Positions 12,801-26,600 of a DNA stretch of 64,000 nucleotides are shown piece by piece (position 1 is the first letter of the stretch; each line of letters opens with the position of its first letter). The position numbers and the translations under genes were made by a program. The notes under the pieces were generated by a model. The model had not been told where the DNA came from, searched no databases, and worked only from the letters and a program-made list of their open reading frames with translations. Source of the stretch: Bugula neritina (Eukaryota; Animalia; Bryozoa); NCBI GenBank assembly GCA_964035545.1, contig OZ037770.1, positions 4,868,662 through 4,932,661 of the forward strand, in the 5' to 3' direction.

Positions 12801-15800
12801 GGTAAACACCAAAATACTAATAGGAATAGTCATGTTAACATCAATTAGAAAAGTAAAGATAATTTGAAAATGAGACAGTTTATAGGTCTAACGCTTATAG
12901 TTGACAAGCAATTACAGGGCAGTCATATTGATGTAGGCTACCCTCAAAATGTAGCACTTTAAAAATATTAAAAAGACAGCACATATAAGAACATAATCTT
13001 AAAAATAGGCATATGTGACACCTATATTTTGATTAACAAAGAAATCTTCTTTACTTTATTAATCTAGCTCATACAATGGTATTCTGTCTTAGTATGTTAT
13101 TTTAATACTTGAAATCTAATCAGCTACAGAAAAGTACTTCAATTCAAAGGCCTTCATAATTATTCTTTAGTTTGCTATTTAAATAGACAGTAAGGTTGAT
13201 GAATAAAATAAAAGTTAGTAAAGTAAAAACTAAATAAATTGAGAATAATATCTCCACTCTAAGGTTATAATCCTTATAAATTAACATTTTATTACTCCTG
13301 TTATCCTTAGGTATAGTTGTTAGCAATTTAACTATGAGCTCAAAGCCAAATGTCAGTATCAGCATCCCCATTACATTGACTAAGACTGACTTCATAACCC
13401 TCAAGCTGTGGCACTCAATTTCTATAAGTAGTAACTAATAACAAATATAAAATTATTTATTTGCTACTGATAGTGATAATAATAATAATTAAAAATAATA
13501 ATATGATCCATTAAAATAGAACTAATAAAGCCAACGACGTTAATGGTATGTCTAACTAAACATGGCATGTCTCGTCTGGCAGTGGGTATGTGGAGGGCCA
13601 GGCAACCTACGGCCGTCAACCCGTTAATGGCACAACTAAAAGAAGATACTCAAGAGAAGACAACAAAGTTGTCATGAAATGCTGCTTCAAAAGTACACCC
13701 AAATTGAGAGGTTATAGAAAAACAATGTATGAGCTCTGTAGACCCGGATCAAAGAATTATTTAAAAAGAATGTGCAAACGCTGGAAAACAGAGGAGAGTT
13801 TAACATCAGCGAATAGAGACTAGCGGATTAAGCAAGAACTATGAAGAAACACAAGCATTTTATGGAAGAAGAACTCCATAAGATTGAAGAAGGAACCTTG
13901 CAAGAACTAGGCACATCAATTGGTGAAGAAGATAATGAAGAGCTAAATTTGCAAATAGAGGATGTTATAGCACAACATGAGATAGCATATAAATCAGCCA
14001 TGAGAATTTTAAGAGTACCTAGTTCAGAGGTAGAAAAAGTGTTAGTAGAAAAATTATAAATGAGCATAACAAACTATCTAATGATCGACTAACACTAAGA
14101 GCCCTTAGGCACATTGAGAGGGTCAAATTACTACAGGCAGTAAAACAGATTAATGATGTGCTAAACTGTGTTGAGATTATTAATACCATTGAGCTTAATA
14201 ACACCACCATGGCTTGTGCGAAAAATAGTAACAGAACAAGTGTGTAACAAAAAGGAAAAAGAAAAACTGACAATGTACAAGTATGGAAAATACGACTGCA
14301 GAAGAAATAAAAAGAAATTAGATCAGACTTAAGTAAAATAGCAGAGTGAAAAAGTAGAGCTTACAATGATTCATTGAGAAGAATGGTTGAAGAAAAATAT
14401 AGGATAAAGAACAAAGAGTGTGGTGTAGTGATTGAAAAACTGAAGCAAAACCTGAGAGCTGTAAGCCAGAAGATAAACAGATATACAGAATGAGTTGATC
14501 AATATAATCAGAACACAATGTTTACAATGATAAGCGTTTTTATCAAGAATTACGAGGAAATGAATACGTACATCTAAAGAGGCACCTGACAAGGAAATCA
14601 AAAGCATTCTGATAAAATATATGGGGTCAGCCAACTAAAAATAATACCAATGCAGAATGACTAAATAAAGTTAGCAACAAATTGGAGCATATGTAAAGAC
14701 AAGGAAATTAGATCTTAGAAACGATGCAAACAACTGGAATAGCAATTAATGTCATAAGGTTGATAAGAAAAAGCATGAAACCTGGAAAACGCAACTGAAA
14801 TACCTGGAAGAAAAGATAGGAGAAATAAAGATTAAACTAAGAATTTTCCAAGGAGACTCTTTATCTCTATCCCTTTTCTCCAACTACCGATTCGCATGAC
14901 AGAAGCGGCTCAATGATGCAAATTTCGACGAGACAGAAAACAAACCATCTCCTATATGTGGATGACCTGAAGGTAAATAGGAAATCAAAGTGGGAACTGG
15001 AAGCTTTGGTAAACACTGCCGGGATCTTCACAAGGAATATAGAAATGAAATTTGGATTGAAAAATGTGCCACACTGGTTATGAGAAAAGGAAAGAAAATT
15101 AAGGACACAGGAATCAGTTTGCCTGATGAACAGGTAATCAAAGATCTGGGTGAGAAGCCGTATAAATATCTAGGAGTTCTTGAGATTGATGGAATACAAA
15201 TATATGAAATGAAAAATAAGATCAAGGAGTACTACAAACAAATAAGAAAAGTTCTGGATTCAAAACTGAATGGTGAGAACACAATCAAAGCAATAAACAC
15301 ATGGGCAGTAACAGCAGTGCATTACACAGCTAGAATACTTGACTGAACTGTTTCATGAGCTAAAAAATATAGACTGAAAGACAAGGAAGCTAATGACAAC
15401 AAACCGTGCACCCTATCCGAGAGCAGATGTAGGCAGGCTGTATTTTAGCAGAAGGGAAGGCGGTAGAAGAATGTTGTCAACTGAAAAATGCATAAAGATT
15501 GAAAACTGCAGCATGTCAGACTACATAAATATAACATAGACTGATAGAAACACCACACTGAATACCTTCCTAAAAGACAGAACAGCGGTAGAACTAAATA
15601 ATGATAAAGTGATAGAAAGAACTGATGAGTGTAAAGAAAAGCTTCACATGGTCAATACATCAAAATGGTGGAAGACATGAAAGCATTTTCCTGGAACTGG
15701 TTGAAGTATGGTTGGCTGAAAAAGGAAACAGAAGGACTGCTGACAGCTGCGCAAAATCAACTATTCACTACTAGAAATTATAAAGTGGCTATGATGAGAG

Positions 15801-17569
15801 AACAGGGTAGCAAGAAATGTGGAATGTGTAACGCAAGAGACAAAACTTCGATGCACGTATTGAGTGAGTTTGAGAAGGTAGCAGAAGGAGAATATAAGAA
15901 AAAACACAACCTTTTGGCATTGATAATTTCAATAGTAGTTGTGTGAACTTCGTGGGTTTCAGAAAAGTAAGAATTGGTACGGCCATCAAGCAGAATAAGT
16001 ACTGGAAAATGATAATGTGAAAACCTTGTAAGATTTTAACATACACACTGACGTAGTCATCAAAGTTAGGAGACCCGATATATTAGTAGTTGACAAGCAT
16101 AATGCTGAAACAACGATAATTGATATCACAGTCCCTGTTAACTACAGAGTAAAAGAAAAAAATTCGAAAAGTTAGGAAAATATCAGAATTTAGCACTAGA
16201 ATAAACCCGCCTTTGGAAAACATCAAAAAAGTCATCCCGTTGTAACTGGAGCCTTTGGAGCTTTATACAAGATTGTAGACTGGCTGACACTACTTGGAGT
16301 AGCTGAAAACAAATGCTCATTAATTCAGCAGACACCCTTACTAGGATCAGGATAAGCTCACATCCTGAGGAAAGTTCTAGCCATTTCAGCCTAGTATAAC
16401 TAGGCTAATGGTAAAAGGTTACACCAGCTAAAAAACTACGGTCAATCAACAATAATAATAATAATAGTGCAGTTGGTTCTATTATTAGATTAGCATATCG
16501 ATTATGACTTTTCGATTGCCACCCTGATACTATGAGTAAAATGTACAAGCATACGTGAAAGTATAGATATGATCATAAGTATAAAAATAGGTATAAGTAT
16601 AAATATAAATATAGGTACAAGTATAAAACGAATGATTATATTATTAATAATATTAGTCAGTGATACCTATAACCGTAATGGTTTTTAGACTTACAGTTAT
16701 CATTAACATTAGCTGAGTAATATGATTAGTTAAAATAATGGTATTATTATTATATCATAGTTATAAGTTATAACTCTAGTCTCTAAAGAGCAACAGCAAG
16801 TGTAATTGGGATATTCATATTAAATTTCATATTCACATAGTGAAATGTTTATGTTATGAACTAATTTATTCCTTCAACATTTAACTATAAAAATGATTAA
16901 CACTAACTTTGACCAGCAGTATTACTAAAAGAAGCGTATTACAAATATAAGATAATAAAATTCTAGTAGTAGGACTAATAGTATTACTAGGTCCAGTATT
17001 ATTCTTGTTATCTTATTCATCATTCATGAGTTATCAAATTTAAAATTACTACTTATTAGCATCAGCATATAAAAAGTAAGATCATTAGGAATAATTATCA
17101 TGAGGTATGATCTATGATTTGCATTGTCCATATATAGTTTAATATCAATATGATATATTATTATTGCTGATAGTCTATGTTATAGTTAAATTTATACTTA
17201 TCTTTACAGTTACCTATAGTAGCACTTATTAGTTATTTGTGGTAGCCAAACTAATGTTTAATATTAATAAATTAAACTGAGTATCATAAAAGTGTTACTA
17301 AGAATTTTAATTATAATCGTAATGGTGATCATATTACTTTATTATAATTATTATATTTTATCATTAATGCTAAACTGAGTTAATGTATATACTTTGAGTT
17401 TTACTATTACTCATTATATTTACACTTATAGTAAAACTAAATATGTAAAAGTTATACTGATACTATTATTATTCGTATTTCATTAGACTTACATCTAAGA
17501 TCGCAGTCCTATTACTACTACCACTGATACTAGTACTACAACTAGTACTAGTACTGCTACTAGTACTAG

Positions 17570-17601
<32 letters not shown>

Positions 17602-20600
17602 ATAGTACTGTTACTACTACTACTACTAGTACTACTACTAGGTCTACTACTGTACCAGTACAACTACAAACTTTGAAAATAACTGCAAGAAAGGTATGAC
17701 TTACTCTTTTTCTTAGTCTTACTGTGACTCTCAGTCGTAACGGTAATGTAAAATAAAATTGTGAACTGTAAAGTTAAACCCAAGGCTGAAATTTATTTAA
17801 TTAAATTTAGACAATCTGAATCATTGGCTCAATCCTTGAGTTTGACTATTACTATTATTATTAGTGTTACTATTGTGATTATCATTGGCATTATGCCATT
17901 ATGATTATCATTATGATTGTAATTGTGGTAATTCTAACATTAACTATAATCATAAATTAAAAGGTAATGATTAATGATAATTATTTTCATTTTGTAACCA
18001 TAATGATAATCATAATGATGTAAATTTTGATGTAAAACCAAAATACTAAAACTAAAAGTAAAAGTTATAAAATTAAATGATAAAATATTATAATGATAAT
18101 TATTATATTTATTATATTATTATTGAATATATTATTTCATTAGAAAATAGGTTGCAGCTTAGCATGATTAAAATTCAGTAAAAATTAGTTTACCAACAGC
18201 AAACATGCATGCGTCTTGTCAACATTCAATTCGTAGTGTCATAGCGAAGCCAGATTACTGGTAGTACGACTACTAGAACTACTACTACTAGTGATGGATT
18301 ACAGATCCTTGGCGATTTTAGCTGTGAGTGACCTTCACCTCACATTCTCGTCATGTGCGCGGCATTAGACTAAGTAGAGGGTGTGAAGCACTGAGCTGGA
18401 AAAGAAAGAATATATTTTAATTATAGGTAATACTAATAGTAATATAATTTATGGTAATATATAGGTAATATTATTGAGTTCATTGGTATGGAGTATAGAC
18501 CTATCACTGATAGTATCAGTATCAACTACCACTTACGTACTACTTCAACTTATAACTTACCTTCAACTCAAACTCAAACTGAAACTGCTTGGAATCATTT
18601 GTCTTTGATCATATTGGCATTGTCATTGTGATTGTAATAACTATTAATATTTTTAGTTCAACATCAATGCCGAACATATTGTAACAACTAATAAGATAAT
18701 CATAAGGTTGATATATTTTGCTAATACTAATACTAATAGTTATAGTAATAGTTATACTTATAGTAATTCAGTGTCACTCTCACTCTGGTGGAGTGAGACT
18801 CAGACTTAGAGTTAGAGACAGAGTGAGTCCGAGTAAGTCTGAGTGTTGGTAATAGTAATAGTCATATAAATTTAAATTATATTTACTTATTTCTAGCAAT
18901 CACAATGGCAATAGTTATAGTAACTTTCACTTACTCTTAAATCATTGAACCTGAACTGAAAGTAAAATTAAGCATTATCATTATGATTATCATTATGATT
19001 ATACCTATGATTTTATTATGTTTAAATTAAAAATCAATATCATGATAATATCATAGTGATAGACATATTATTGATAAATGATAATATAAAAGTAATTTGA
19101 TAAATTATACATTTATTTTGAATTAAGGTGATACTGATGCTAGACCGGTACTGAAAGTGATAGTAATACTAATAGTAATAGTAATAGTCATATAAATTTA
19201 AGTTATATTTACTCATTACCGGCAATCACAATGGCAATAGTAACTTAAACTGTAACAGTAATGGTATGGGTATGTTTGAAATTGTCACTATCAGTATTGC
19301 TATGAATCAAAATATAATGCTATCATACCAATAATTTAAAATAATATTACAAAGCTTCAGTAGCAACTTTTACTTGTACCAGTTTGGAATTTTGAATTAT
19401 ACATATTCTTAGTTAAAGTCTTCAAGTTTATTGTCAAAATGAACTTGAAATTAAAGACTTAGTAGTAAAAATTAAACTAAGACTGACTGTAAGTGACTAA
19501 GATTAAAAATAAGTAATTTTAAATATCGATTTAGTATTTTTCTTACTCTTTGTCTTAAAATTGACTTTTATTTTGCACCTACTCCTGGTCAATGATTCTT
19601 TTTTCTATTTATATTACTATTGCTATTAGTATAATTGACTTAAATTTAATAATAGATATGATTATATCTTTATAAATGTGATATTTGATTTTATGAATAG
19701 TAATTCGAAAACTCTTTGGTATTATTTATTTTTGATCATTGTAGTTATTATCATTATATTTGTATAATAATTATGATTATCAAATTCAATATCGATATTT
19801 GTATTATGGTATGGATATCTGCCTCCATCCCATGTTCTGTTTTGCAGTGCCTTTTTACATTCACGTCTAGGTTCACATTGCGATGGTCATACTGATAGCA
19901 CTTGGGGACAGTGATGAGCATAATGATTATCACTAATATTAGGATTATCGTTATTAGGATTTAGAATAATTTAATAAACAAGCAACTTAAAACAAATGTT
20001 TTTACTAATATACATATTAATTACTAATATAAATATACTACTATGAATATTATAATTATTATACTTTACAATTCAAAGTAAGATAATCATAATACGAACT
20101 GGTAAAACTAAATATAAAGTAAATGTAATAATACTAATAGTAGTTATCCATTCCCCTTTGGTTTCACATACTAATAATTGGAAACCTCTGTCCTAATATT
20201 ATTTCTATTAATATTGCTCAAAATTTGATCCCTATTTAATTTTATAGTTCACTCACCAGCTACATAATTTTATTAAAATACATGTGGTATTGGTTATAGT
20301 ACTAGTGAAACTTGAAGTTGAATAGCATGCTTATTACTCACTGCTCTTTGCTTACATTATTAGGGTTACTCTTTAGTCTTAGAGATACCCTAACATAAAC
20401 TTGAAAGCTGGAGGTAGTACTAGTCTAGTGCTGTGTTAATCCTACACTGTTGACTTATCAACACTGTGACTATAATTATGACTCCTAAGTCAAAGTCATT
20501 TTCATATAGTAGTAATCACTATGACAGACTGAAAGTCAGGAAGACTAAATATAATGGTAAAGTGTGTAAGAATAAATCATACTTAATCAATTACTTTTAG

Positions 20601-23600
20601 TTTTGTTACCAGTGTTGGGTCAACTTTCAGAATAAAGAATAAATATAATTATAAAGATAAATGGATAAAAATTCCAATCATGGTTTAATGTGCCTATTTT
20701 AAGCTGTTAATTTAATTACTATAAGTGCTCAAAATACAACTTTTGATTTTCATAATTATGTTTTAATTTAATACAGATACCATAGTATCATATACAGTAG
20801 AATCAGTTGTATCTTATTTAATAATGAAGTAACTTATTGGAGCTTTCACAGTTATTAATTATTTACTTGTTAGTCTTTGAACTAGGACAATGTTTGAAAC
20901 TTGAAGTAGAATGAAGTTTGATTTCAGTTACCGCAATGGTATCTGCAGTCACAATAGGAATACGCATATAACTATGTTTATATTTGTGAAAAATATATAG
21001 TCAAAACTAGATAAGGTAATAGTAATTATAATTGGTTTCACTTTTAATATATTCCTATAAACTGGAAAATAGACAGAAGCATTTAATCATGAAAGTAAAC
21101 CTAGTGGAAGTAAATCAATTCACTAAGTATAGTAAAATATTTACTATTCAGTAAGTTTATTTACTTTAGTTAATTGTACTTGATTATTTCTGTCGGTTTT
21201 TCAGTTGATTTTTTTACCTTTTGCTATAGCATATCAAACTACCACAAAGTCATGCTTCCGTATTACAATTATAAACATAGTGTTACTGTGTAATGTTATA
21301 GTAATGCAATAGTAATATTTGGATCATTGTAAGTATTTCTGTTGTTGTACTGATTGATAAATATTTTTTAGCTTGCATGGATATTTGCAACGATCAAGAT
21401 GTCATTTGAACCTGGACTGGAATAAAGATGGCAAATCGAGAAGCTAGCTACAATTATTCTGCAGAAAGAAACTTGGTAAGCAAAAATAAGCTGCAGCAGT
21501 AAGCAATATGACGATGAACTTTGCTTGATTTTGATTGACCTTAAAATATCTGGTCACCTTTCACCAACGTGGTCCTGCGCGGGTGGCGGGTGACCTTAAA
21601 ATGTCTGTTGCACGTAAAATAAATTTTGTGACAGTCAAAAGTATGCTGATCTTTTTCGTATTTCAGTGCATCAGTGTCTTAGCTTAAGAGCTGAACCCAA
21701 CAATTATGATCTAAAGCTGTTTTTTACTAGAAAGTGATTTTACTGTCTTTCTGATTATTCTTGGTTTTTCAGCTTGATGAATTGAATAAATGGATTTGAG
21801 TTCGGGTATTATGTAATGGATGAAAGAAATTTTTCTTAAATTTGTACTGAGCAATTTTTGCTATTGCTATGATGTTTAGTGATAAAATTGCACCCTTAAT
21901 AACCCTGAAAACTTTCATTACTAGCATTTGTTTATGTTCATTTTTAGGAAATTAAAATGAAGACACAACTCACCGATGCTATCTCACTGTGCCTGCATGC
22001 AGTTTATCTAAAAAGGTACTCCTATTAGCTGGCTCTTGCCCAATACCTGGTTGTCTCTGTAACTATTTTTTGCTCGCAGATGAGTTTTTTGAACTTGACA
22101 TTTTATTGATTTTGAAAGTTATAGTGAGCTTTGAACTTGCTAGCATCGTTTTTAAAGACTTGCTGCAGTTTTTATCAACATTTTTTCAGTCAATGGTGTT
22201 AGTTTGGAAGCTCTCTCACTCCTCTCTCTGTCTCTTTCTCCCACACCTTCCACTCAACCTCTCTCTCTTTCTCCCCCTCTCTCCCACCCTCCCTCTCTCC
22301 CACCCTCCCTCTCTCCCACCCTCTGTCTCTCCCACCTTCTCTCTCTCCCACTCTCCGTCTCTCCCACCTTCTCTCTCTCCTAACCTTTCTCTCTTCCCTT
22401 TTCCACTATCTCTCTGACTCTCTCCCTTTCTCTCTTCTACCCCATCTCTCTTCCATCCTCTCTCCTAACCTTTCTCTCCCACCCCCCCTCTCCCACTCTC
22501 TTTCTCTCTCTAGTTTGCATGGCTTTACCCAATTTTGGTTTATTTTTTTATTTTGTTTCAGAGTATCCAAAAGGAAAGCTAAAATTTATTTAATATATAT
22601 TATACAAACTTGAGCTTTACATATAATATCAAATAAATGCTGTGTTTTGTTAAAACAATGTTTGCAACTTTGTAGTATATTCAAATTCATAAATTATTTG
22701 TAGAGTCACACAACAAGACACTACTCTGACACACTCACAAGTTGCCACTGATCCAGCAGTATAGATGATTGTTTTCTCCACTGGCTATGCTGTCACGCTT
22801 TACTGTTGTGGTGTTTGAAACAAACCAATTGTTTGCCTACGCAGATTAGGGTGAGAAAAAAAGTGAGAAATGAAAGCTGTTTTTAATACCAACTACACTT
22901 AGTTTTTATTGAATGAAAAACAAAGTGAAATCATTAGTTATCCGTTAAATGACTAAATCATTGTTTATAAAGATGAAACACAAATAATCTTATAATATGC
23001 TAATGAAATTTGGCTTTCAAATAGCTTTTTTCTGTATATTTGTTGAGGAAGTTTATCTTCAACAAAACTTCGTAGCTGTTGAATATGTGGAGAGTGTTTT
23101 ATATTGCATAAATTTATAGAGTAAAAGGTTCTCATCAAACTTTTACAACTTAGCTCATCTACGGTTTAAAAGTGTGAGTCACCCTTCACACTAGAGTTTT
23201 ATAAAGTTTTAATGAATGTGCAGTATTTTATAAAATATTGTGTGTCTCGTAAATTTAGCTATTTCTACCTTTTCAGTGAGATTGGAGTAAACACACCTCA
23301 AAATTCACATCTGGTATCACATTGATTTATCGCAAGTCAAAGTACACCTACTAACTCTTCCTTCCTTAATACCTGCTTGATTTTGCACTTCTACTCATTT
23401 CATATACCTAACATTTCTCTTGCAGATGAATTACATCTTTTAAGTTGTAAAAGCCTTAAATAGCATGAAATTAATGAGGTTTAAACCGTGGCCACACTAA
23501 CTATTGATGCGTTTATTGATGGGTTAAATTACACGAAAATATTGTCTCTTTCTTTTTAGTTTCACCTAAAGTATTACATACTATTGATGGAGGCTTTGCT

Positions 23601-26600
23601 GAAGTTTTTGGGTGATGATTTGTCAATAATTTTCCAGAGAAGATGATGCCACGGTGGCTGGCATCATTATGCAGTTTCCAAATTTCTTTCGGCTTTGCTC
23701 TAGTGAAAATGTTGGAAAACAATCAACAAAAAGGTTTGTACCATAAACGAAGTTATTGTGTGCGTGTTGTCAAAGCATAAAGTGTGCTGGAAATTTTTGG
23801 GTTTCTGTTGAGATGCGTTTTTGCTTTTCCTGCATGAAAAAAGTTCCAGTTTCAGTTAATATCACTAGCGGAGTGCCCACCTATATTTTAAATCATATTG
23901 ATGCATAAGTTCTTTTTGTAATATTAAAAGTATAACTTGCTTAATTGCTATTCAATGCCCTTTGAAGTTTCCAACTGTAATTAATTAGTTGATTTGGCAG
24001 CATAGTATCGATGATTGATGAAGGCAGCCGATATAATTATAAGCATAAATATCTATATCTACATGAAGATGTCATTCCCAATGATTGTTATTCTGAAATC
24101 AGCTGATTAAGTTATCACAAACTAAACATTTTGACCAGCGGCTTGCAATGCAACTCGGTGAAATTTCAGACCTAGATAAATTGAATTTCTTACTGAAAAT
24201 CGTGAAGGTATTAAAGTTTAAAGTGAAAGTTTAAAGGGTCATCTCTCTGCGAATTCTAATAGCATGGTGCCAATTAGACTTGAAAAAATTTCAAGGCACT
24301 ACAAAGCACTAAGCCCATTCTTACAAGTAGTTTCAAAGTGCACTGGAATTTCAGTTTACTTGTCATTGTATAGAATCCTGATCTACACTATATAGCATTC
24401 ACTATTGCCTGCTTCTTCTAAGCATCTATAATGTATTCACTACAGTTTGCTTTGAGAAGTGAATTTCTACTTGGTATTTTTTCCTTATCGTTCTGTTGTT
24501 TGCCAGTAGTCTTAATTTAATGGATTTTCCCTTTTCAAAAGTGGTTGTGACAATCAAAACACATCATGCAGCCTGCAACTACACAATCAGTCAGTAATTT
24601 CTTCCATTAAAGTAGCTCTTCTGGTTACTCTTGCTCACCTAAAAGCCTGAGCCTCATTCAAATTGCAATTTTTTAGAGTTGTTAGTTTTTCATGCAGTCT
24701 TTCATTTTTTTTTTGTTAGGCACAAAATTAGTATTCACTAGACCTAATCTTTCATCTGCATGTATGCCTATTGTTTGTTCATTAAAAAAAAACCTCTGCT
24801 GAGTATTGAACTAATAATGAAAATAAATTCCCTAAACTAAAAGTAGCAGTGTGATTTTGGTATTACAATTAGTTGTTAGCATAGAGTCAAGTTATTGACA
24901 GGAATTTTCAAATTGAAATGAATGAATTTCATTGTAAGTCAGCAAGATTTAGTCTAAGTAAACATAGCATTACATCGTGTTTTATTTAGCATTTGCAGAA
25001 GGCAACATATATTTTAAGGATTATTGTAAATTTAAATGTAATTTTAAGTACTTTCCATGTTTGTTATTGTAGATGGTCTTGTTCTTTGGGATGGATGTGA
25101 CAACTCCTTGTGTCAAGCTTAACTGATTGACTACTGAATCCCAATCATATGTTTTGCCAAAAAATGTGAAAATGGAGTGCATGTCTACTTTATTTGAGAA
25201 AATATTAAAAATACTTTTGAAACTTCATCTAGCCAAACAATACAACAGTTTCATTTCATTAAAAAATATCATTTGCACAAAAATGTATTATGTAATCAAA
25301 CAATTTCTAGAAAAAAAGTGCTTTCCTCCAGTTTTGCTAATGAACTACATTTTTCATTATATGCTTGTCTTTATAATTTTATTAATTGTTTTTTCTGGTG
25401 AGTCAATTAAAGTCAATTCAACTTAATTTCAAGCTAAAATATTCACATTTTTAGGTCTGCGTTTGCAAACATTGTTGTGTTACTTTACTTTTTATATTTT
25501 TTGAAATAAATATCTTTTTAGCTTGTGCCTATTCATGATTAGAATAGTATAATAATATTTAACTTTTCTTCAATTTCAATAGATGAAAATGTTGATCAGT
25601 TGGAGTATTCAGTTTAGCTGAATTTTACTTGCTTCTGCGAAAACAATCTTTTGGAGTTGTCTGCCCTCTCTAGGTAATTTTTTGACCTATGGTCAACGCA
25701 ATAATTATAACTTTTTAAAGATGCTTGTGAACCTAACAATATAGCATAACTATCAAACCACATTATTCAATATCTGCATAAAATTTAGCCGATAAGCTGC
25801 CACCCAATGAGCTTGAAAAGATATTAGAATTCTAGCTCAGTGCTGCCATCAATGTAGATATTTATAATGATATAAAGCCAAAACTCATTATTTATAATGA
25901 TATAAAGCCAAAACTCATTATTTATAATGATATAAAGCCAAAACTCAATATTGCATGAAATTATCTAACCATTCCTGACAAAGAATCGAGATAATAACTC
26001 CAAAGTTGGTCAGTTGAAACCACAGCAATAATACTTTAATCCTTATAATTGTCAGGTTTAATTTTATACCAAGCACCAATAAGTATATATCACTATGACA
26101 ACACAGCCTAAGCACCTCCAATGCAAAAAATTTAGTATTGTGGTGCTGCAAATCCTCCAGTTACAAATGAGTAGAGCTTTCATGATTATTGGTCTACCAT
26201 GATGTTTATTTAGTTTTAAGGACTAGCATAAATGCTATTATATGTGGGAGGTATTTGAAAAGCTTCCAACTCCATCTTCAACTACGGGCTATTATAATTA
26301 TGCCGATAAACGAGATACTACACTCAGACTGCCCTGTTATAGTACTATGATTGGCTACTGCAAAATTTTTGCCGATAGACAACATTTAATTATGATGTAA
26401 TGTATCTCGTATTGGTACATAAGTGTTATGTCTGAGGACGAGATACTGTGAAATTATGCCCTGAACTAAACACTGCTCAGAATTTTAAAATATACTGAGC
26501 TTGCTCTGAATACATTATGCATTTGGCTGCATTCAATCTTATTATAGCATCAAAGAGACATCCTGAGTATGGATCTCCTATGATTAGAGCTCTAGTATCT

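Larger units (their letters stand above)
5979..26463. mobile_element. Giant (20.5 kb) non-autonomous TIR DNA element, hAT- or P-like ends, copy 1 (complete), intronic
   Basis: Perfect 8-bp direct repeat AACTAAAC at 5971-5978 and 26464-26471. Left end CAGTATATATTTTCCTAG vs reverse complement of right end CAGGGCATAATTTCACAG (12/18 match). Subterminal AGTATCTCGT/CGAGATACT motifs at both ends. The second copy ends at the same CTG. Confidence 0.8.

Noticed and set aside
13144-13404. 86-aa hydrophobic ORF conserved in both copies (38759-39019)
   Set aside because: Non-ATG start, AT-driven composition, and conservation explained by recent duplication.
17469-17663. Ser-rich and Val/Ile-rich ORFs (also 43457-43898, 60481-60786)
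   Set aside because: Translations of (ACT/ATT)n microsatellite-like sequence.
21989-22417. 142-aa and related ORFs (47942-48549, 48207-48488)
   Set aside because: They arise from the CT-rich tract; L/S/P or R/E/G low complexity, and the frame differs between copies.
25858-25947. 30-bp repeats as a CRISPR-like array
   Set aside because: Head-to-tail units without spacers, in eukaryotic context.
5979-26463. Helitron, Maverick/Polinton or endogenous virus identity for the giant element
   Set aside because: No Rep/helicase, PolB, integrase or capsid ORFs were seen. The ends are CAG...CTG with an 8-bp TSD, not TC...CTRR without TSD or long TIRs with a 6-bp TSD.
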